Source: Tubulanus polymorphus (lineage: Eukaryota > Animalia > Nemertea). From it: DNA of 64,000 bases. Numbering within the stretch: position 1 is the stretch's first letter; each line of letters opens with the position of its first letter. The stretch spans positions 16,362,950 to 16,426,949 of the forward strand of contig NC_134029.1 of the NCBI RefSeq assembly GCF_964204645.1, in the 5' to 3' direction. A program made the translations under genes and the position numbers. Shown here piece by piece: positions 56,751 to 64,000 of this stretch. Below the pieces are notes generated by a model. That model was not told where the DNA came from. It did no database searches and worked only from the letters and a program-made list of their open reading frames with translations.

Positions 56751-59546
56751 ATTGTTAGATTGATGAGCACTTAAAACCACTTCCCAAGTGGCCATTGTGT
56801 CCCTGGACCCCTAGTTTGATTACTTGGAGCACGGATTCTCTGAAATTCTGCCAAAAGCTTCATGCCGAAGATAGGTATACATTTCCATCATAATTCGAAA
56901 AAAGAAATTTTTGTTGTTGATATTTTCGGTCCTTATTTTTTCGATCTAATTGTCTGTAAAAAGTCAGTCTTCACATAGAAAAATGTCCCATAAGATAGAA
57001 AAAAATGTCTCAGTATATCATCACTAATTTAGTAAATTTCACATCAAAATAACACCAGAGAACAAACTTGTTTATAGTGTAAATTGCACACTAACCATAA
57101 AAGAAGAATTCATGGAGTGAGCATGAGATTTATAGGCCTAGGATTTTGGCATTAATTAATTTTGCCTGTTGAGAACATGTGAACTCATTACATGATACTT
57201 CAAATTTAAGATGTTACATTTATAATACAAATAATTACATCAAAGTAGAGCCATTATTTGTAATCAAATGTTAAAATTGTTTTTAGAATGTATTACCAAG
57301 TTTGTTCTCTGGTGTTATTATGATGTGAAATTAACTACATTACCAAGTTAGTAATCATAGACTGGGACATTTTTTCCCTAGGACATATTTTCCGGGGACA
57401 TTTTTACCGTATACCCCGCCAGTCCCACAAACGTGATATTAAGGGTTTATTCAAGTATGATGAAATAACTATAGGCCCTATTTAGGGATCTTAAGTTTAT
57501 GGATCTTAGGTTTAGCATGTTATGTCAATGTAGCCTGTATCATCTGATTCTCCATAAACCTTTTTTTCAGGGGTAGATTTAGAGGGTGGTATCAGGGCCC
57601 AGATTCCTGCCTTACCACTGAGATTTTACCCACTAATACGTAAAAAAAACACATACTAACTAACTGTTTTATTTTATCAAAATTTAATTTGGCCGTGCGT
57701 GAGCCGTTTCTACGACGTATGTAATAAGGCCACGTGCATCTAATCAATAAAATGGTGCGAAAATAAACGTAATAGCGTGAGTAACTCATTTTGTTTGTGT
57801 GTAGGAGAGAATAATCGCTGGTTATATCAGACCGAAGATCATCACTGACGGATTTTCAAACTGAGGGGCGGCTAATCTTTTCATAGGGGCGGACGATTTT
57901 TACAGGGGCGGACATGAAAATTAAAGGAGCAGGCCGCTCTTTAAAAACCCCTAATGGAGAACACTGATCGTTACACGTAATCCTTTCAGTATGATATCCC
58001 AACAATGTGTTGGATTTGATAAAACAGGCCCACACCTGCCACGTGCGAAATAGGGTTTGATTTTGAAATCAGAAAATTAAGTACAAATAGGGGGTCAGTG
58101 AGTAGGGAACAGGTCTTAGGCACTTATCTGATTTTGATAATTTTCATTCAGATCATGAACTGCAAGAAGACAAGAGCATGAGAAAAGACCAGTAAATCTG
58201 CTGCTGCTACTTCATATGAGACATGGAAAAACCAAAAAACAGCAAAGACTTACTTTTTGGTAACCTCATGTATTCAGCGGTAAGTAATTACAGACATTCG
58301 GGTTCGAGTACATATATGCTTACTCCTCTGTATGCTAGACTTAATGGTTTGTAAATCGGTGGCTTGAAACCACCAACTTTTTTTTGGCCTATTTATATTA
58401 TTATCACCCAATTCTTACACATGGAACATCTATTTTGACTCCGTTTTGTCATCATCAGCAGCTTACTGGTAGGCCTACATGGATTTTTGGCCTATGATAG
58501 ACACTAGCCATCGACAATGAACCCTGCTTATATTCAGTACAATTGATCAAGTCCGCCCTCCCGCATCATAGCTTGAAAATAAATGTGTTTTAAGCCCACT
58601 TGGGACTTAAATCCCAGCGGGCTATTGCGTTTACTTTTCGTTCGGACGTGCGTCCGTCCGTAGACAGAATCCAGTTATTTTGGGAAGTTTTGAAGACGCT
58701 TCAAGGTAATGTCTTGATATTTGGTTTATACATGTATCTACCCTAGACACATAAGCCCAAAAACTGGCCCTGTCACTCAGAATCAAGATGGCTGACTGGC
58801 AGCCATTGTTGTTCAACAGTTCGTAACTTCATTATTGATAATCCAATCCGCTTCAAGTGAGATTATTCTTAAAGATAACGAATTTTTGCGTTAGACTGGG
58901 TGGTTTAAGAAAGATAAGAGTGCCTTTGAGATTGTTAAATCGTGCAATTAATCCGAAAAAATCGGCAAAATCCGTCTGTACCGCACCAGCCTGGAAGTAA
59001 AAATGACCATGATTTTTGAAAACAAACAGTGCTTTCGACCAGAAATTCTGAAACGATTTTTACAAACGAGGGCTTTTTGGAAAGCTTAGACTCTGATCTT
59101 ACCTCTACATATCGTTATTTCTGATTAAAATGATAATCCTGTCTGTAGCGAACGCAAAATTTGACCGAGATCGAAAACGGGTTTAAAAATCGCGACATGG
59201 CGGCCATTAATCATAGCTCCGCGCTTTGTACGAAAATCGAGATTTCAAATAAAAAACTTTTGACACGGAAACACATGGCAAATTAGACAAAATATCTTAC
59301 ATTTATGTAATTAATCTAAGAATATTTGTTGCGCGTTGTAGTTATTCTTATAATGCGCAAAAATGTGATTAGAAAGCATCGCGTTATAGCATTGAGTGCA
59401 GTACTCATCAGCTGGCGCAACCATGCGGTGACCGCGGTAATTAGAGCCGTTTTCAATCTCGGCACAGTTTCATATATTGAGATTTTGTCATGTTGTTTCA
59501 TCGAGAACTTCAGCAAGAATGACCTCAACACTTACTGCACCAAGTA

Positions 59547-60778
59547 CAGGGTTCGTCGCGGTGCTTGAAAAGCTTGAAATGGCTTGAATTTGAGAAATAC
59601 TACTCAAGCGCTTGAAAACAGCTTGAAAATAGATCGAAAGCTTGAAATAATTATTTTTGACTTGAAATAAAAAGATATGGCTTGAAATGCTTGATTATCT
59701 CAAATTTTCTTCTTCGCGAATTTTTTTCGATGAAATCGCTGACAGAATATGTTCTTGAGTCGTTTCTACGCGTGCATCATGTTTTAGGCATCCATAAAGA
59801 AATTAATTGAATTGTATTGAATCGCGAGACACGCTTGCACTGCGACTTGTGGTGAAACTCTCCGGTGTCTGGAGACTTGAACATATGGGGAAATTTCAGT
59901 CATGCATGTTATCATGCATTGATGTAAAGTGGCATTGAAATCCCACACCAGGTGTGAGAGCCATGTTGAAGGCACCGCGACCTAGTCAAAGTCATTGAAC
60001 ATTACAACTTTCATATTAGGCCGTCCAAAATTAGAGGTCTGTTTGCCGTCACCCGACCGACCCGACTTCAAAGGTACCGAGTGGAAACTTTTTTCTTGGA
60101 TTCATTGAAATAAATTTTATTTTTGAAACAAATGGCCGACCCACTGCCGAAGTATGAGCTACGTATGTTTGAAGTTAAGTGTGCATCGTGTGAAAACATG
60201 CCTCGACTATAGTTGAAGTTTTCCAGGAAACTGGCAGTGTTCCAATAAGCTGCCATTCATTCTTAGTGACTATATTAAAGCTGGTAATGTTATAGCGTGC
60301 ATATATTCAATCTACTGTTTCATTTTGAACGCAGATTTGGGATGTTGTTTCCACTAAAAGAGGTGATGATAAATTTGTTTTTTTTTTTGCCCCAAAATTT
60401 TGCAAAAAAAAATGATTCTACCTTCCTACTGACTTATCCCAAAAATTTTAGTAGGTGTAACGGCAAAACAGACAATTAATTTGGGATGGCCTAATATCCA
60501 AATCTTGATTGATATGAATATTTAAGCTGGGAAATGCTGAAAATCATTGTGATAAAAACAGGTTTCATCTCTAACAGAATCGTATCAACTCGGAGGTTCC
60601 ACTGGAATCAAAATTTTACCTCTTTTTTAACATTTTTATACGAACCTGTTAAAAATAGGCAAATTGGCTGCGACTTTCGAAAATTGCTTCCAACGTGCCT
60701 TAAAAAATAGCTTGAAAATGGTATAAATCTAGCTTGAAATGGCTTGAATTTCACCTGAGCTTGAGACAATGAACCCTG
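59547..60778. mobile_element. hAT-like non-autonomous element with 5-bp TSD and a nested MITE (60019-60491)
   Basis: AAGTA|CAGGGTTC...GAACCCTG|AAGTA; subterminal GCTTGAA repeats; nested TA|GGCCGTCC...GGATGGCC|TA. Confidence 0.75.
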
Positions 60779-61727
60779 AAGTACATGTATTCTTCATAGC
60801 GCTACTCAGAGAATCAATGACAAATATAGCTGCACAGCAGCGATAACGGGTTTTCTGCACAGTCTTAGAATCCTGTTCAACGGTGGATTTCGACAAAGCA
60901 TTTGATAAGGCACAACATCAGCCATTACTAAACAGGCAATTAGGAAACAGTATCAATGATAGGTCGCCCAAATGGCTCAGCAGTTATCTCTGAACGAAAA
61001 CTTGTAGCCGAAATCAACGGAACGCCTCAAGTCAGTCTAACTAGTGGAGTCACGCAAGGTAGTATCCTAAGTCGTCTTCTGTTTAATGTCCTGACAAATG
61101 ACATGTAATCCAAAATATACCAGACCGAGTAAATTTCCAAAACGACCTTCACACGCTATTCGACCAAAAAACTTAATGTTCCGACAAGAAAATCTTGTTC
61201 GAATGAAAACAATTCTGTTTGATCAAACAATACGCTTTTTGTTTGAACCAAAACTTTTCTTCATTCTGACAAAAAAAATGTGTTCGAATAAAAAGCTATG
61301 TTATTGTTGAAATGAAAAACTTTTTGTCCCGGTAAAAAAATTTGGTTGATCGAAAACAATTTTTTCGAATGAATGTTTGAATGAAAACAATTCTGTACGA
61401 TTGAACGAAATACTTAATACTTTTGGTTCGGAGAAAAAACTTTTTACAATATACTTGTTCGAACGAAAAACTTAATGTTCTGACAAGAAAATTTTGTTCA
61501 AATTAAAACGATTCTGTTCGATCGAACGATTGTTCGAACAAAAAACCTTTCGTTTGGACAAAAAAAAGTTTCTTCAACTTTGTTCTAACGATTTTTTCAA
61601 ATTGGTTCAATCGAACAGGATATTATTGGTTGGAACGAAATGAATTTTGTTCCGACGAAAGAATTTTCAAGCGAAAGGTCCTATGAACGAAAAAAAAGAT
61701 ATTTCTGGGGCTCCACAGTAACCTTAA

Positions 61728-62045
61728 GCCGGACGTAGGTCGGCCTTGCGACGCGATGCGATCCTCGCGTTGCATCGCAAGTTTCGGTGCAAGTCGGTTG
61801 CGATACGATTGTCAGCGACTGTGTGCGACTAGTTTCTGCCAGTTGCAAGGGCGCGTAGGTCGGTTGTGACAGTCGTGTCGCGTCGCAGAAAGTAGAACAC
61901 GTGCGACTCCTTGTGACTGGCGTTGCTGACAGTCGCAACCCGTCACAAGGGAGCGTAGGTCGATGAGTCGTTGCGACACAATCGTCGCTGGCAGAATGGC
62001 ATCGCAGTGAGTCACAAGCCGTCGCAAGGCCGACCTACGCCCGGC
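61728..62045. mobile_element. GC-rich MITE with TTAA flanks
   Basis: TTAA|GCCGGACGTAGGTCGGCCTTGCGACG...CGTCGCAAGGCCGACCTACGCCCGGC|TTAA. Confidence 0.85.
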
Positions 62046-62485
62046 TTAAGTCATAGGAATTAATGAAATACCAGTTTCATTTATGATGAAAAAACTCTAA
62101 TGAAAAGTCTGGCTTATAAAGCTGTCTGTTCAGACGAAATTTTCAAAAAGATCTTCATTTTTGGCAATGAAATTGATAATTGTGATTGATCGTTGCAAGT
62201 CACAACCAGTTAATCACTAATTAACGTGCATTTTGATAAATCTGATTCCTCTTTTACAGTGAACTTAGCTTTAACCTAGTAGAGGCTACTAGCCTATGTA
62301 GGCCTATGTATATGCGTAGGCCTAACATCAGGACAGATTGGTTGTAGGCCTATTGAATAACAACCCTCCTAAATATCGTAAATTTTGTTTTGAAGTTCAA
62401 TCCAATGAGTCCGTTAATAAGCGCAACAATTATACTGTGTTTGTTTGAGACAGTAAAGCTCAGTACCGGTAGGCCTAAAGCCGGG

Positions 62486-63492
62486 TAAAACTCGATAAAC
62501 ACTTCAAGTGACACAGCGAACGATCTCCTTTCCCCCACAGCGAACGCTTACTCCTAATGTCAAGTGTGAGTCCAGCATACGGAAAGGAGTTTGTTATATA
62601 CTTGTATTTAGTAAATACCTTGTGCATTTGACAATGATCGGTATGTACTGTAGGAAATATAGAGTATTGATGGTATTGATATAGAGGCTGAAGCCCGCGG
62701 CCGAATAAAGTAATATATTCTTTTATTTTGATACCTCGTCGACATAACAGCTTTTCTCCGCTATCTCTTCGGCGTGTTTAGTTTAGGCCTACGACTCCCC
62801 GGTACACTTATGATTTATCTTTATACATGGTTAATTTGATAAAGAAAAATAGGTATTGCTAAACTAACTGCTTGAAGCCCGCGGCCAAATCACTGGTAGT
62901 AATAAATTAATTTGTACTCAATTTGATTCTCATGATGAGGAGAATTTCGCAGCTGATCCCCGGAACGACGATGTAGTGACACACGTCGATTTGTCGATGT
63001 TTACGGCTTGACAGTGCTTTTAAAATCAAAAGTAGTAAATTTCCTGTGTATCGGTAATATGATTTGATGAGGAAAATGGGCTATTGTTAAAGTTAGTTTT
63101 TAAAAACCGCGCCAGAATGTGCAATCTTTTGGTAATAAATTTGTTTATTTATGCTTGAATTGATAATCGATGTGACAAGAAACGTGCGGTAGATTTCCGA
63201 AAGACGACTTAGAAAAACATGTCGGCTCTTTGAATGGGGCTCAATTTTCGATGTTTACGGCCCGACAGTGCTTTTGTAACGATTATTCTTCAAAATACGC
63301 ATGGAGTATTTGTAGATCGAAGTGAGCTGAATGATATCAGACGGATTGTATCGGCAACAGCGGTAATGTAAATAAGCCTATGTACTTTTGACAAAAAAAG
63401 TGTGGAAAAAAATAATAATAATAATAATAATAAGAAGAAGAAACACGCGAATCTCAATAGGGTTTTCTGTGATGTAACAGAAAACCCTAATA
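62486..63492 (+). mobile_element. Dispersed repeat (Helentron/HINE-like), copy 2 with its terminal stem-loop
   Basis: Matches 14120-15062, then (AAT)n(AAG)n and TAGGGTTTTCTG-TGATGTAA-CAGAAAAACCCTA. Confidence 0.85.
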
Positions 63493-64000
63493 AAAATTCA
63501 TGTTCATTCTCTTAACAGTAGTTGACACAATCGATCAGCTATTTTATCCCACCGAACACCAGTACGTGCTGCCATCTGGTATTGCTATATAAACTAACAA
63601 ATGATATATAAATTCTGCAGCTCTTTCTTACCCGTGAAAGAAAATACCAGCACGAATTAAAACTATAGGCCTAGGCCTACCCTGTTTTGAAAATCACCCT
63701 GAAAAATTGGATATTTTGTCTGAGCTTGAAAATAAAGGTTTAAGTTGAAATAGAGATTTAATATATAAAAACACATTTGCTTCATGTGGGACTCGAATCA
63801 ACACTTGATTCAAAGTCATATTACGTCGTTTTTTCATTTAGATTTTCTGTCAAAATATTCTTTAAATCGATCTTAGAGCATCTAAAATTCAAAAATGTTG
63901 AACTTGTTAGCATGATACAATGACAGCCTTCTTAGGCTATTCTTGACGGATTTTCATGAAACTCGGTGTAAGAGATGTCCACCTCTTTTGGAGGCTATCG

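Noticed and set aside
58152-58279. Exon-like segment with good AG and GTAAGT sites
   Set aside because: Stops in all three frames; cannot be supported as coding

Overview
Eukaryotic (invertebrate animal-type) genomic DNA made almost entirely of mobile elements; no confident host gene. (1) 1-13,900: the right-hand part of a very AT-rich endogenous Polinton/Maverick (adintovirus-like) element. It has a protein-primed PolB, major and minor capsid genes, an integrase/packaging-ATPase deletion fusion and about six membrane-protein genes. Several genes are broken by stops or frameshifts. Most genes start with a poxvirus-late-like (T)n..TAAATG motif, and the element ends in a 405-bp self-complementary terminus. 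(2) 14-27 kb: nested non-autonomous Helentron-like elements, MITEs and a 548-bp palindrome. (3) 26,979-39,648: a 12.7-kb foldback-type element with a perfect 9-bp TSD (ACCATCCAC). Its arms are inverted arrays of a 183-bp satellite, and its core carries an intact three-exon SGNH hydrolase gene, a Penelope fragment with a hammerhead ribozyme and two MITEs, but no visible transposase. (4) 43.4-50.7 kb: three RTE-X-like LINEs, nested or in tandem, inside a small TIR element. (5) 52-64 kb: MITEs, one carrying TTAGGG repeats. Family assignments come from motif recognition by eye; no database searches were run.
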